DNA from: Actinomycetota bacterium
GTDB taxonomy: Bacteria; Actinomycetota; Acidimicrobiia; Spongiisociales; UBA4744
Length of the DNA stretch: 32,680 nt
Direction: 5' to 3'
NCBI GenBank assembly: GCA_013152275.1
Contig: JAADGS010000069.1
Location: 1-32,680 of the forward strand
Both the position numbers and the translations under genes were made by a program. Shown here piece after piece: positions 8,626-19,103 of the stretch. Numbering within the stretch: position 1 is the stretch's first letter; each line of letters begins with the position of its first letter. A model generated the notes under the pieces. It was not told the origin of the DNA. It saw only the letters and a list, made by a program, of their open reading frames with translations, and did no database searches.

Positions 8626-9681
8626 TCATCGAGTCCCTGCGGCAACGCCGGCCTTGACCTGCGCAACGTTGCTTGCATCCACGAAACCGGGACCGGTGAG
8701 GATCGCCTGCCCACCACCGATCACGAGACCGCTCTGCAGATACAACACGAGCTGGACAACCGGCAGGAACCCCTGCAGGTACTGCTGCTGATCGACTGCG
8801 AACTGAATCGTGCCGGCCTCGATGGAGTTCAGCACCTCTTCACCCAGGTCGAACGTTGCGAGCGTTGCCGTGCTTCCGGCCTCCGCGATGGCATCACGAG
8901 CTCGAATGGACACGTCCGGGTTCAGCGTGATCACCGCATCGATACTCGAATCGGAGACCGCCGTCTTTATCGTCTCGAACGCCGCATCGAGGTTGGCGAC
9001 ATCGATCTGGATGCGCTTGACGGTGACATCTCCTGCACCTGCCTCGACGCCGTCACATCTCGCCTGCAGAGCAGCGTTGTTGGCCTCATGGATCACGCAC
9101 AGGATGTTCGTCGCGCCGTTGGCGGCCAGGCGCTTGCCGGCGCCTTGACCGGCGATGAACTCATCCTGTCCGACGTGAGCGATCGCCGCCGTGGTGGCGA
9201 ACACATCGGAACCGGAGTTGATCGTCACAACCGGAATTCCGGCGTCGGCTGCCCGCTGGATTGCATCTCGCAGCGCGTCGACGTTCGGCAGCGTCAGGAT
9301 GATGCCGTCGACGTCGTTGGCGATCGACGTGTCAACCAGAGCGACCTGCTTGGTGATATCGGGATCTCCGATCATCGTGCACGAGACGCCTTGGGCGGCG
9401 CATGCATCATCGAGACCGTTCTTCATAACGCCCCAGAAGGTTCCAGAGGCATCCTTGTCGTGGAAGATGAGATCGAATTCCAGATCCTTCTGGCTCACCT
9501 GGTTGTCTGCCGCCGCGGTGGTGGCGGTCCCTTGTGCCGCGGTGGTCGTTGTGACTCCCGCAGTAGTCGTTGCGGAGCCGCCGGCGCCGCCGCACGCCGC
9601 TGCGATCAGGGCCAGGGAAAGCAGCAATGCCACCCATACCCCTCGCCTTGCCGGTATCCCCCGCCTCATATTTCGCCACAT
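8626..9681 (-). CDS. Sugar ABC transporter substrate-binding lipoprotein (periplasmic binding protein type 1, inositol-binding-like)
   Basis: Lipobox IAAAC, Thr/Ala-rich linker, FWGVMKNG, GIPVVTINSG and AVDQQQYLQG motifs. ATG 9681 with a GGAGG RBS. Confidence 0.9.
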   Translation of the reverse strand: MWRNMRRGIPARRGVWVALLLSLALIAAACGGAGGSATTTAGVTTTTAAQGTATTAAADNQVSQKDLEFDLIFHDKDASGTFWGVMKNGLDDACAAQGVSCTMIGDPDITKQVALVDTSIANDVDGIILTLPNVDALRDAIQRAADAGIPVVTINSGSDVFATTAAIAHVGQDEFIAGQGAGKRLAANGATNILCVIHEANNAALQARCDGVEAGAGDVTVKRIQIDVANLDAAFETIKTAVSDSSIDAVITLNPDVSIRARDAIAEAGSTATLATFDLGEEVLNSIEAGTIQFAVDQQQYLQGFLPVVQLVLYLQSGLVIGGGQAILTGPGFVDASNVAQVKAGVAAGTR

Positions 9682-9784
9682 ATGTAGTCCTCCTGTCCAT
9701 AGCGCCGGTGCCGCCGGGGCGACATATTTCGTTGAGGTCCTTTCGTCGGGGCCTCGTCCCATCCCCCGCTCCCGCGGGGAAATC

Positions 9785-10675
9785 TCATAGATCTGCCGCT
9801 ATCTTCCGCAAGTACTCGAAACTCAGCAGGGCATCCGTCTTCGGCCCTGCACCCTCCTCGGGCTCCGCCGCCAATGAGGCGTCTTGTTCGAGCACATACC
9901 AGCCATCGAATCCAGATGCCTCCAGCCGCCGGATAACGCCGGCGATATCGACATCTCCGTGACCGAGCGGTTTGAACATGCCATCGATCACCGCTTGTTT
10001 GAACCCGAGTTCACCCGAGCGAACCTTGCCGGCGAGCCGGTCGTCGACGTCCTTGAGGTGAACGTGCTTGACCCGGCCTCTGGCCATCTCGGTGACGGCG
10101 ACGGGATCGGCTCCGACGACAAACAGGTGACCCGTGTCCACACAGAGGTCGACATCACACGACTCGAGTAACCGCTCCACATGGCGCTGTTGCTCGATGG
10201 CCATGCCCCAGTGAGGGTGAAGCGCGGTGACCAGCCCGTTCCGCCCGGCAATGTCGCGAAGACGCTCGAGATTGGCGAGAAACGTGTCCCACTCGTCTTC
10301 CGTCATGTCGATCGAAGTGTCATAGCCATCGAGGTGAGAAGCCGGTCCCAGCACCATCACCTGAGAACCGGCGCTCGCCAACTGCCTGCAGGCACGATCG
10401 ACGTATGCGAGGACGCGATCGATCAGGTCGGGCCGATAGAGAACGGCGACGACAAACCCCCCGACCACGTGCAGGTCGTATTGCTTCAGATACTCCACGA
10501 TCTCCTCTGGATCGCGCGGCAGGTAGCCGTCAGGCCCGAGCTCGGTGGCCGACAGGCCGACCTCGACCATCTCGGACATGACGCGGTCACGGTCCATCAG
10601 GTGACCCCACCCGGGCGAACCATCAACACCCCAGGTGATCGGGGCACCGGCGACTCTGTCGAGTAGATCGCTCAT
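9785..10675 (-). CDS. iolE: Myo-inosose-2 dehydratase-like (xylose isomerase-like TIM barrel)
   Basis: GAPITWGV, TELGP, HPHWG, DTGHL, HVHLKD and WYVLEQD motifs. ATG 10675 coupled to the iolG stop. Confidence 0.8.
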   Translation of the reverse strand: MSDLLDRVAGAPITWGVDGSPGWGHLMDRDRVMSEMVEVGLSATELGPDGYLPRDPEEIVEYLKQYDLHVVGGFVVAVLYRPDLIDRVLAYVDRACRQLASAGSQVMVLGPASHLDGYDTSIDMTEDEWDTFLANLERLRDIAGRNGLVTALHPHWGMAIEQQRHVERLLESCDVDLCVDTGHLFVVGADPVAVTEMARGRVKHVHLKDVDDRLAGKVRSGELGFKQAVIDGMFKPLGHGDVDIAGVIRRLEASGFDGWYVLEQDASLAAEPEEGAGPKTDALLSFEYLRKIAADL

Positions 10676-11667
10676 GAGGTCTCCTCGACCGAGACTGGTC
10701 TTTCGGCCACGAGCGATCGGCGGCAAGCCTCGGCAACAGCCAGAGCCGCCCGGGCGTCATCGACCGTGCACGGGCTTGGCTGGTCTTCCACCACGGCGTC
10801 GACAAAGGCTTCCATCTCGGCCTTGTAGGCAGGGCCGAATCTCTCCAGCCAGCCGACCGTTACCGGGTCTTGGGGAAGGTCGAGGCCAGGATCGAGGGTC
10901 CGGATCGGCGTGTGGGCGTCCAGCCCGACGGTGACGCTGTCGGTGGTCCCGAAAAGCTCCATGCGAACGTCGTAACCGCGGGCATCGGTACGTACACCGG
11001 TAATGACCGCCAGAGTTCCTCCGTCGAGATGGGCGGTGACGGCTGCGGTCGCCACATCGGCGTGCTCCGCAAAGATCGGGATACCGTGACTGCTGCCGGT
11101 TGCACTGACTTGGAGAACTTCTTGCCCCGTGACGAAGCGGAGGATGTCGAATTCGTGGATGAGCATGTCGACGAAGATGCCGCCCGACCCCGCGATGTAC
11201 TCCGCTCGAGGTGGCTCGAAGTCATGCGTCTGCGCCTGAACCAACATGACATCGCCGAGACCTCCAGAGGCGACCAATTCGTGGGCGGCCCGATAGCCAG
11301 GGTCGAAACGGCGCATGAACCCCACCTGGACCATGATCCCGCTCTCATCTACGGCAGCGACGGCCTTGTCGGTCGATGGCAGGTCCATGGAGATCGGCTT
11401 CTCGCAGAAGGTAGGAAGACCGGCGCGAGCAGTCTTGATGAGGTAGGAGGCATGCGTCTCCGTCGAGCTTGCGATCACCACCGCATCAACACTGTCGAAT
11501 ATCTCGTCGGGATCGTCGAGGTGATGTGCGTCGAGGTCGGCTGCCAGCTTCTTGGCCCGGCCGGCAGCAGAGTCGGCAATGACGAGTTCGTCGACGGCCG
11601 CTACTCCGGTCAAGACACCGGCGTGCAGTGTGCCGATGCGTCCAGCTCCGATCAAGCCGACTCGCAA
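10672..11667 (-). CDS. iolG: Inositol 2-dehydrogenase (Gfo/Idh/MocA family)
   Basis: GAGRIG, FCEKPIS, QVGFMRRFDP, SGGIFVDMLIHEFD and GYDVRME motifs. TTG start at 11667 after a GGGAGGGG RBS. Confidence 0.82.
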   Translation of the reverse strand: MRVGLIGAGRIGTLHAGVLTGVAAVDELVIADSAAGRAKKLAADLDAHHLDDPDEIFDSVDAVVIASSTETHASYLIKTARAGLPTFCEKPISMDLPSTDKAVAAVDESGIMVQVGFMRRFDPGYRAAHELVASGGLGDVMLVQAQTHDFEPPRAEYIAGSGGIFVDMLIHEFDILRFVTGQEVLQVSATGSSHGIPIFAEHADVATAAVTAHLDGGTLAVITGVRTDARGYDVRMELFGTTDSVTVGLDAHTPIRTLDPGLDLPQDPVTVGWLERFGPAYKAEMEAFVDAVVEDQPSPCTVDDARAALAVAEACRRSLVAERPVSVEETS

Positions 11668-11723
11668 AGCATCCCCTCCCGAGCTAATGCGCAAGCATCT
11701 TTGCTGTTTCTCACAGGAACGTG

Positions 11724-11735
11724 TGGAACGTTCCA
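11724..11735. promoter_or_regulatory. LacI-type operator TGGAACGTTCCA (copy 1)
   Basis: Perfect 12-bp palindrome with central CG in a divergent intergenic region; four identical copies in the island. Confidence 0.8.
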
Positions 11736-11743
11736 ACACCCGA

Positions 11744-11773
11744 AGCGTATACTGCCGGGGAAACCGATGTCAA
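11744..11773 (-). promoter_or_regulatory. Sigma-A-type promoter of the iolG-iolE-ABC operon
   Basis: TTGACA (11773-11768), 18-bp spacer, TACGCT (11749-11744). The operator lies just downstream. Confidence 0.6.
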
Positions 11774-11818
11774 GCGGTTCCGAGAGAACCCGTACGGCTC
11801 GTCGGGGTGGGAGGCGTT

Positions 11819-12772
11819 GTGAGATTGTTCGTTACAGGCGGCACCGGATTCGTCGGCAGCAACATACTGAAAGTTGCCATTGAGCGTTACGGAGCGTCGG
11901 TGGTCACTACTGCACACTCCTGGCAGGGCGATGGATCCGAGCCTTTCGAGGTTGTACGTGTGGATATGACCGACGGTCCGAGATTACGCGCTGCGGTCGT
12001 GGATGCCAGACCCGATGCAATCGTCCACACCGCGATCCTCAACGACTTCACCCGTATCTACGCAGATCGGCCGCTTGCCTGGAAGAGCTATGTCGATTCG
12101 ACGCGGACACTCGTCGATGCAGCGAATGAGGTGAACGCCAAGATGATCTTGGTGTCGACCGACTGGGTGTTCGACGGAGAGCAACCGGGAGCCTCCGAAG
12201 ACACGCCGCCGAATCCGATCAACCTCTACGGTGTCCTCAAGGTCATTGGCGAGACGATCGTGACGACGGCCGCCAAGAACGGCGCCGTGGCGCGAGTAGC
12301 CGGTGTCAACGGGACACACTGGTTGCGAGATGACTACAAGGCCGAGCAGAATCCGGGCATGGGGCATTTCGTCGGTGCCGTCGTCGACAGCTTGAAGGTT
12401 GGTGAGCCTTTTGCGGTCTGGAGCGGGCCTCTCAACATGGTCGGGACGCCAAGCCTCGCCAGTGAAAGCGCCGAGATGATCATGAGGATCATCAAGAAGG
12501 ACCGGCGGGGCATCTTCCATTGCACCGGGGCCGACTCGATAGATCGGCTGGGTTTGGCGGTGGCGACCGCAGAAGCGTTCGATCTCGACTCCAGCTTGAT
12601 TACAGCCGGACCTGCCGACTTCAGTGCCACCGGCCCTGCACCGATTCCGATCGACACGAGCCTCGATGCGACCGCCACGGGCACTGCGTTGGCCTATGAG
12701 CTTCCCGGTCTCGATCGATTGCTGGCCGCGTTCCGACACGAGATTGATCGCGGCGAATTGATGCCGGTCTAA
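11819..12772 (+). CDS. Extended SDR, RmlD (dTDP-4-dehydrorhamnose reductase)-like oxidoreductase
   Basis: FVTGGTGFVG, STDWVFDG and PNPINLYGVLK (YxxxK). GTG 11819 after GGGAGG. Confidence 0.85.
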   Translation: MRLFVTGGTGFVGSNILKVAIERYGASVVTTAHSWQGDGSEPFEVVRVDMTDGPRLRAAVVDARPDAIVHTAILNDFTRIYADRPLAWKSYVDSTRTLVDAANEVNAKMILVSTDWVFDGEQPGASEDTPPNPINLYGVLKVIGETIVTTAAKNGAVARVAGVNGTHWLRDDYKAEQNPGMGHFVGAVVDSLKVGEPFAVWSGPLNMVGTPSLASESAEMIMRIIKKDRRGIFHCTGADSIDRLGLAVATAEAFDLDSSLITAGPADFSATGPAPIPIDTSLDATATGTALAYELPGLDRLLAAFRHEIDRGELMPV

Positions 12773-12774
12773 CG

Positions 12775-13653
12775 GTGGTTACTACGGTCGATTGTGTGCT
12801 CCCTGCCCATGCCCGGCTCGGTGAGTGCCCGGTGTGGAGCCCCGATACAGGGACCTTGTACTGGGTGGACATCGACGGATGCTCGGTGCACGAGTTCGAT
12901 CCGGTGAGCGGAGCCGACAGCTCGTGGCCGTTGGAGGGAAGGCCCGGGGCAATTGCCCTGACCACACAACACGGGCGCCTGCTCGTGGCACTCGAGAACG
13001 GACTCGGGTGGCTCGATGTGAAGTCGGGGGAGTTCACCCCGTGGCTGGTTCTCGAGAATCGACGCTCCGGTGTCCGGCTCAATGATGGACGATGCGATCC
13101 GGCCGGCCGTTTCTGGGTCGGCAGCATGTTCGTACCGACTTCGGCTCGTCGGTACGAGGGCATGTTGCATCGGGTGGAGTCGGACGGCAGGTTCCACACC
13201 ACCCGCCGGGATGTGGGGGTGGCCAATGGGCTTGCCTTCTCCCCCGACGGAAGCGTCATGTATTGGGCCGACACACTGCATGAGACCGTCTGGGCATACG
13301 ACTATGACATCGCCACCGGTCGGCAGCACAATGAGCGGGTCTTCCTCGATTTCACCCGGCTGCCCGGCCGACCCGATGGCGCCTGTGTAGACGAAACCGG
13401 CTGCTATTGGATAGCGTGCGTCGGTGGCTCGGCCGTGTTGCGCGTCACGCCTCTCGGTGCAGTGGATCGCCACATAGAACTGCCGGTCGAACGGCCGTCG
13501 ATGCCTGCCTTCGGCGGAGCAGGTTTGGACACTCTCTTCATCACCACCATCGGTCATGGCATTGATGACGCTCGACAGGTGGGTGAGCCCGGCGGGCTCT
13601 ACGCGCTCGATCCTGGTGTTCGAGGATTGGCCGAACCCAGGTTTGGCCGATGA
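12775..13653 (+). CDS. SMP-30/gluconolactonase/LRE family sugar lactonase
   Basis: LGECPVW, RLNDGRCDPAGRFWVGSM, NGLAFSPDG and PDGACVD motifs. Confidence 0.92.
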   Translation: MVTTVDCVLPAHARLGECPVWSPDTGTLYWVDIDGCSVHEFDPVSGADSSWPLEGRPGAIALTTQHGRLLVALENGLGWLDVKSGEFTPWLVLENRRSGVRLNDGRCDPAGRFWVGSMFVPTSARRYEGMLHRVESDGRFHTTRRDVGVANGLAFSPDGSVMYWADTLHETVWAYDYDIATGRQHNERVFLDFTRLPGRPDGACVDETGCYWIACVGGSAVLRVTPLGAVDRHIELPVERPSMPAFGGAGLDTLFITTIGHGIDDARQVGEPGGLYALDPGVRGLAEPRFGR

Positions 13654-13697
13654 GACCGGCTCACGCCACATGCGTTCCGTCCGCGACTACAACCATG

Positions 13698-13726
13698 TGG
13701 AACGTTCCAACTCCGAGCGTTATAGT
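13698..13726 (+). promoter_or_regulatory. Operator TGGAACGTTCCA (copy 2, 13698-13709) over the -35 region, with -10 TATAGT (13721-13726)
   Basis: Palindrome and -10 hexamer upstream of the GGAGGGAG RBS and GTG 13762. Confidence 0.75.
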
Positions 13727-13761
13727 CGCACGAGGCGGAGAACTCGGAGGGAGTCCTGAGC

Positions 13762-14723
13762 GTGTCGAAACCACATGTCTGCTTCGGACGTGAGATGCCA
13801 CCGGATCAAGTCGGAGTCGTGACCACTGAAGCAGGCATCCTCGGACCGGCGGGTGCGACTCCCGATGATCCCTGCGAGATGCTGTCACGAGCCGTGAGAA
13901 TCATTGCATCGGTGTGTCGCCATGACGGCGAGCCGATGGGTGGACCCCCCAACCTCCGGAGGACCTCCCGTACCGGGATCGCCTACGACAGGACCGACCT
14001 TGCAGCGACGGCTACCCGTGGCATCGCGATCTGTAACACGCCCGATGTGCCCACCATCTCCACGGCCGGACATGCTGTCACGCCGATGATATGGTGGCGA
14101 AGAACGTGAAGCGATCTGAGGTCGAACTGCGCGCCGGTGGATCGGGTTTCTGCGCACGCCACGCCGGAAGGGAACTCGACGGACGCACGCCGGGTCTGGT
14201 CGGCCTTGGGAGGATCGCCCGGCGGGCCGCCGAGATTGCGACCACTCTGAACATGCGGGTCGCCGCTTTCGACCCCTACTTGGATTCGGCGGATTTCCCG
14301 GTGTCGATCACGAGGTACACGAGTCTCGAGGATCTGGTCGGAAGTTCGGATGTCGTGTCGATCCATTCGCCGCTCACCGTGGACAACTCCGGACTGCTCG
14401 ACGCGAGGTCGCTCGTTGCGATGAGGCCCGGGTCGATTCTGGGCAACACGGCACGCGGTGGTCGGGCGGACCTGCCTGCCTTCGCTGATGCCCTGGATGC
14501 CCACCGACTTTCCTTGGCCGGACTCGACATCACCGCTCCCGAGCCCCTGCCGGCAGGCACCGACGCGGTTCCCGCTCCGCAGGTTGCCGCCGGCACCAGC
14601 GAAGCCAAACGTCGTATCTTCAAGGTTGTTCTTGAGCAGGTTCTGCAGGTTCTCGGCGGTCACCGTCCTCCACACCCGCTCAATCTTGAAGTTTCGAACC
14701 GGCTCGTGCCGGGAATGAGATAG
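13762..14723 (+). pseudogene. D-isomer-specific 2-hydroxyacid dehydrogenase (SerA-like), frameshifted and degenerate
   Basis: N-half (RTGIAYDRTDL, GIAICNTPD) in 13762-14109 and C-half (GLVGLGRIA, NTARGG, LDITAPEP) in another frame at 14091-14723. The catalytic PH motif reads PQ. Confidence 0.8.
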
Positions 14724-14734
14724 GAGGGCAAAAG

Positions 14735-15910
14735 GTGGGCAAGTCGATTGGCGTGGGTGTTATCGGGTTCGGCTGGATGGGTCAAACTCATTCGCGGGCT
14801 TACCGCAACATCCCTGTGTACTTTCCTGAGACAGGTCTGAAACCCAGGCTGGTAGCCGTAGCCGACACGGTCCCCGAGCGGGTTGATCTCGCGACCGAGA
14901 CCTTCGGGTTCGAAACCGGCACCGGCAACTGGCGAGAGTTGCTCGAACGCGACGACATCGACGTGATCGACATCACCGCCCCAAACGCGCTACACGAGGA
15001 GTTGGCAGTGGCGGCAGCCGCCGCCGGCAAGCACATCTTCTGCGAGAAGCCGGTCGGCATCGAACCGCGGGCGACCGCTGTGATCGAACAGGCCGCGCGC
15101 AAAGCAGGAGTCATCACCGGATGTGGATACAACTACCGGTGGGCACCGATGGTGCAGTTCACCAAACAACTCATCGAGCAGGGCCGTTTCGGTGAACTGA
15201 CCCACTATCGAGGTCGGTTCTTCTCCATGTACGGACGCGATCGGCTCGCGGTGCTGTCCTGGAGATTCAAACAGGAGGAGGCGGGATACGGCGTTCTCTC
15301 GGACATCATGTCGCATGCGATCGACATGGCTCAGTACCTGTGCGGGCCCATTGCCAGGGTGGTGTCGGTAAAGGAGATCTTCGTCAAGGAGCGCCCGCTC
15401 CCGGCCCCGGGCGAAGGAACCCATTACGACCGTGGCAAGCCGGGCGACCCGACAGGTCCGGTCACGAACGAGGACTACGTGGGAGCATTGGTCGAGTTCG
15501 ACAATGGAGTGCGCGGAACCCTGGAAGTGGACCGATCGATCTTTGGTCCCCAGAGCTCCATGGCCTTCGAGATCAACGGATCCCGAGGCGCCGCCTCCTG
15601 GGACCACGAGAAACTCAACCAGCTGCAGCTCAGCCTGCCGGAGGAACAACCGACCGACGGCTTCATCGAAGTGCTCTCGGGTGACGCCTACCCTCACCAC
15701 GGCCACTTCGTGCCGGGTGGCGGCAACTCCATCGGTTACGAGGACATGAAGACAATCGAGGCATTCGAGTACTTGAAGGCGGTTGCAGAAGGAACAGCGA
15801 ATCGACCGAGTTTCGGCGATGCGCTCGCCGTCGCCTCGGTCGCGGCAGCGATGACGCGTTCATGGGAGTCCGAGAAGTGGGAGAATGTCGTCAGTCTCCG
15901 AATCGACTGA
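14735..15910 (+). CDS. Gfo/Idh/MocA oxidoreductase (scyllo-inositol/L-glucose or levoglucosan dehydrogenase-like subgroup)
   Basis: GFGWMGQTH, CEKP, GYNYRWAP, SWRF...GVLSDIMSH and PGGGNSIGY motifs. Confidence 0.85.
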   Translation: MGKSIGVGVIGFGWMGQTHSRAYRNIPVYFPETGLKPRLVAVADTVPERVDLATETFGFETGTGNWRELLERDDIDVIDITAPNALHEELAVAAAAAGKHIFCEKPVGIEPRATAVIEQAARKAGVITGCGYNYRWAPMVQFTKQLIEQGRFGELTHYRGRFFSMYGRDRLAVLSWRFKQEEAGYGVLSDIMSHAIDMAQYLCGPIARVVSVKEIFVKERPLPAPGEGTHYDRGKPGDPTGPVTNEDYVGALVEFDNGVRGTLEVDRSIFGPQSSMAFEINGSRGAASWDHEKLNQLQLSLPEEQPTDGFIEVLSGDAYPHHGHFVPGGGNSIGYEDMKTIEAFEYLKAVAEGTANRPSFGDALAVASVAAAMTRSWESEKWENVVSLRID

Positions 15911-15928
15911 CATGACCGACAGGAATCT

Positions 15929-16582
15929 GTGTCGATGATGTTCGAGGATTCACCGAATCGGAAGTTGCAGGAAGGCAATGCGGTATACGGCTCTCCCTTT
16001 CGGTATGCGGTCCCTACGCCGGCAGAGCACATTGCCATGGAGGGGTCGGACTTCCTCGTCTTCGATGCAGGGCACGGATCGCCGAAGCCGCGAGACATGG
16101 CCGGAGGAAGCGGCGACATCACCGCTTGTGCAGGGAACGGCTCTTGCCTGACGGTGAACTCGGATGTGTGCTCCACTGCCGTGACCGGGCACAAAGCCAT
16201 CTCCGAGATCTGCGACAACGGCGGCTTTGCCGTGATCGGCCGACTTGCGCTCGACAGCGACAGAACCGAGTTCCCTCATTTCCTGCGCACCATGAGACAC
16301 GAGCGGCATGTCCCTGTCGACTTCACCAAGCACGCGGAAGCCATGGCGGCGATCGCCCGGGAACCGGAGTATCTCGACGACTTGCCGGCAATCTTCGTCC
16401 GGACCAGAGCTGCCGACCACGGCGACGTGGTGATGGCCGATCGCGCTGCGCCCGGACCAAGGACCGCGTCTGGTGGGAGGTTTGAGCCCCAGAGGCAGGC
16501 GACCGTGAGCACCTACGCGTTGCTCATGCCGATCTCGAGGCCGAGAAGAGCTACCGACGTGGGGGTGCACGACGATGGGTGA
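15929..16582 (+). pseudogene. Chimeric relic: HpcH/HpaI aldolase N-terminus fused to a degenerate IolD C-terminal (ThDP-binding) domain
   Basis: aa 1-56 (KLQEGNAVYG...DFLVFDAGHG) are HpcH-like. From about 16097, AGNGSCLTVNSDVCSTAVTGHK...CDNGGFAVIGRL...VDFTKHAEAM match the IolD GDG..NS...DNGG region with a decayed GDG motif. Confidence 0.65.
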
Positions 16583-17366
16583 GTTCGACGGCAAGGTTGG
16601 CATCGTCACCGGCGGCGCGTCCCTCATCGGGGAAGCGATAGCAGAACGTCTGTCCGACGACGGGGCCGCGATCATGCTCGCGGATCAGAACGAGACGAAC
16701 GGCGCCGCAGCCGCCGATCGCCTGGGGGATCGAGTCCGATTCCTCAAGACCGATGTGACAGACGATGCTCAGCTCGACCGTTTGGTCGAGACCACCGTTG
16801 CAGACCTGGGAAGGATCGACATCTTGGTGAGCGCGGCGGCGGTGTTCGTCGACGAGCGCTTCGAGTCGAGCCGGACGCTTTGGCACAAGGCCCTCGACGT
16901 CAATGTGGTGTCGGCGGCCGTGCTGACCGGCAAAGTGGTTCCGCACCTGGGGAGCGGGAGCTCTGTCGTATACGTGGCGTCTGTGAGCGGGTCTGTGTCA
17001 CAACCCAACCGGATCGTCTACAACGTGACCAAGGCGGCGCTGCTGATGTTGGCCAAGACGGGTGCCCAGGAGTTGGCGCCGAAGGGAATCCGGGTGAACG
17101 CCGTGTCGCCGGGTTGGACATGGAGCAGGAACATCGAACGGAGATATGGCTCACGCGAACGAGCGGATGCCTTTGCAGCCGAGTTCCAACCTCTCGGACG
17201 TATGGCAGATCCGGAGGAGATCGCGGATGCCGTTCGGTTCATCGTATCCAATCGGGCGGCGTTCATCACCGGCACCGAACTGGCGGTGGACGGCGGTTAC
17301 GGAGCCCTGGGTCCCGAGGCGCTCGGCCAACCATACGAGAAGATTGCGATCCTCCCCGATCACTAG
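16575..17366 (+). CDS. Classical SDR family oxidoreductase
   Basis: IVTGGASLIG, YNVTK, IRVNAVSPG and VDGG motifs. Confidence 0.92.
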   Translation: MGEFDGKVGIVTGGASLIGEAIAERLSDDGAAIMLADQNETNGAAAADRLGDRVRFLKTDVTDDAQLDRLVETTVADLGRIDILVSAAAVFVDERFESSRTLWHKALDVNVVSAAVLTGKVVPHLGSGSSVVYVASVSGSVSQPNRIVYNVTKAALLMLAKTGAQELAPKGIRVNAVSPGWTWSRNIERRYGSRERADAFAAEFQPLGRMADPEEIADAVRFIVSNRAAFITGTELAVDGGYGALGPEALGQPYEKIAILPDH

Positions 17367-17465
17367 AAGCCCCTCGAACGACGCATGGCGCCCATTCCTC
17401 CCACGCCTGCGCAAAGCCGCTGCGGTACCTTCCCCCCTGCGGTCGCTTCGCTCCCCGACGAGTGG

Positions 17466-18182
17466 TCAGGTCACGAGGAGAAGGAACGCTCCGCCGACCA
17501 GCAGCCCGAGAGTCATCCGGTCGAACCACAGCCGGTTGATGTGACCGACGAAGACACGGCCGCCGACCACACCGACGGGGATTGCCAGCCAGGTCCACCA
17601 GGTTGCCGCGATCAGGCCGCCATCGAAGAGGCCTGCGAACAGATAGGCAGGGAGCTTGAGTAGGTTCATGCCGGCGAATACGGCGGCGGACGTGGCAACG
17701 AAGCGACGCGGCTTCAGATCGGTCGTCATCAGATAGGTCACCACCGGTGGCGCACCGAGGTGGGCGATCGCAGATGTGAAACCGGCAATCAAGCCAACGG
17801 GCCAGGCATGTCGGCGGGCCAACCTTGCAGCCAATCCGAGTTTGCTGTTCAAGACGTAGAACACGACGAAGACAAGCATCGCCACCGCGATGATACGACG
17901 CAGCACGGGTTCGCTGACGTTCGAGATCACGAAACCGCCCACCACTATTCCGGCGGCTGCCGGTGCCAGCAGCCGGAGCAGGATCTGACGATCCCACCCT
18001 TGCCAATGAGCGGCGACCGTGAACACGTCGGCAATGATCAGCATCGGGAGCAGCAGCCCGATCGCTTTGTCGGCGGGGATGGTCAGGGCTACCAGGACCG
18101 TCACGAATGGTCCCAATATCCCACCGACGCCGGCCTTGCTGAAGCCGATGAGGAAAGCCGCAGCGGCGATGGCAATGATCAT
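17466..18182 (-). CDS. Sulfite exporter TauE/SafE family membrane protein
   Basis: [18 protein letters not shown] and [13 protein letters not shown] motifs, about 8 TM; ATG 18182. Confidence 0.85.
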   Translation of the reverse strand: MIIAIAAAAFLIGFSKAGVGGILGPFVTVLVALTIPADKAIGLLLPMLIIADVFTVAAHWQGWDRQILLRLLAPAAAGIVVGGFVISNVSEPVLRRIIAVAMLVFVVFYVLNSKLGLAARLARRHAWPVGLIAGFTSAIAHLGAPPVVTYLMTTDLKPRRFVATSAAVFAGMNLLKLPAYLFAGLFDGGLIAATWWTWLAIPVGVVGGRVFVGHINRLWFDRMTLGLLVGGAFLLLVT

Positions 18183-18222
18183 CTGGGGTCCTTCACGAAG
18201 GCCGTCTTGGTCATAGGAAACT

Positions 18223-18253
18223 GTTGGAACGTTCCAACCGACTTCAATATACT
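18223..18253. promoter_or_regulatory. Operator GTTGGAACGTTCCAAC (copy 3, perfect 16-bp palindrome) between divergent genes, with + strand -10 TATACT (18248-18253)
   Basis: Read directly from the sequence; lies between the tauE-like and SDR starts. Confidence 0.8.
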
Positions 18254-18290
18254 GGTCTGTAGAGTCCGAATGCCACACGCGGGAGGGGCC

Positions 18291-19100
18291 ATGGGTCGGT
18301 TCGACGGCAAAACAGCGCTGGTGAGTGGAAGCACCCAGGGGATCGGCGAGGCGGTTGCCCGACGGTTTGCGTCCGAGGGTGCAGCCGGCATCGTCGTATG
18401 CGGTCGCAACAAGGAACGCGGAGCCCGTGTCGCCCATGCGCTGGTCGAGATGGGTACCGAAGCACTATTCGTTCCGGTCGAGCTGGGTGATGCCGGTAGC
18501 TGCGAGGCGCTCGTAGCGGCCACCGACGACCGGTTTGGGCGGGTCGACATTCTGGTGAATGCGGCGGGACTGTCGCTACGCGGATCCATCATCGACACCA
18601 CGGTCGAGTTGTGGGACACGCTGATGAATGTCAACGTGCGCGCACCATTCCTGCTCATGCAAGGCGTCATCAAGATCATGCGCCGCGAAGGCATTGGCGG
18701 AGCGATCGTCAACGTCGCGTCCGTCGCCGCATACGGAAGTGTTCCCTTTCTGACGCCCTATGCGACATCGAAAGGTGCGCTCGTGACCCTCACCAAGAAT
18801 GTCGCCTACTCCGTTGCTTGGGATCGGATCAGGGTCAACTGTCTCAGCCCGGGGTGGATGGACACTCCGGGAGAAGATGCGATCCAGCGTCGATTCCATA
18901 CCGACGGCCGGGATTGGCTGGCCGATGCGGAGGCACGGCAACCATTCGGCCAACTGATCAAACCGGATGAGGTCGCCCGGGCCATCGCGTTTCTGGCTTC
19001 CGACGACGCCGGGATAATGACCGGGGCGATCGTGGACTACGACCAATCGATCATGGGTGGCGGCCCCCAGCCTGTCACCCGTCCCGAAGAGACTCCGTGA
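18291..19100 (+). CDS. Classical SDR family oxidoreductase
   Basis: [19 protein letters not shown] and [11 protein letters not shown] motifs. ATG 18291 after GGAGGGG. Confidence 0.92.
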   Translation: MGRFDGKTALVSGSTQGIGEAVARRFASEGAAGIVVCGRNKERGARVAHALVEMGTEALFVPVELGDAGSCEALVAATDDRFGRVDILVNAAGLSLRGSIIDTTVELWDTLMNVNVRAPFLLMQGVIKIMRREGIGGAIVNVASVAAYGSVPFLTPYATSKGALVTLTKNVAYSVAWDRIRVNCLSPGWMDTPGEDAIQRRFHTDGRDWLADAEARQPFGQLIKPDEVARAIAFLASDDAGIMTGAIVDYDQSIMGGGPQPVTRPEETP

Positions 19101-19103
19101 CCT

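Noticed and set aside
14085..14109. Programmed frameshift in the 2-hydroxyacid dehydrogenase
   Set aside because: No slippery heptamer, and additional degenerative changes indicate a pseudogene.
17367..17465. REP-like element between the convergent SDR and tauE genes
   Set aside because: Single copy, no strong stem and no second instance in the window.
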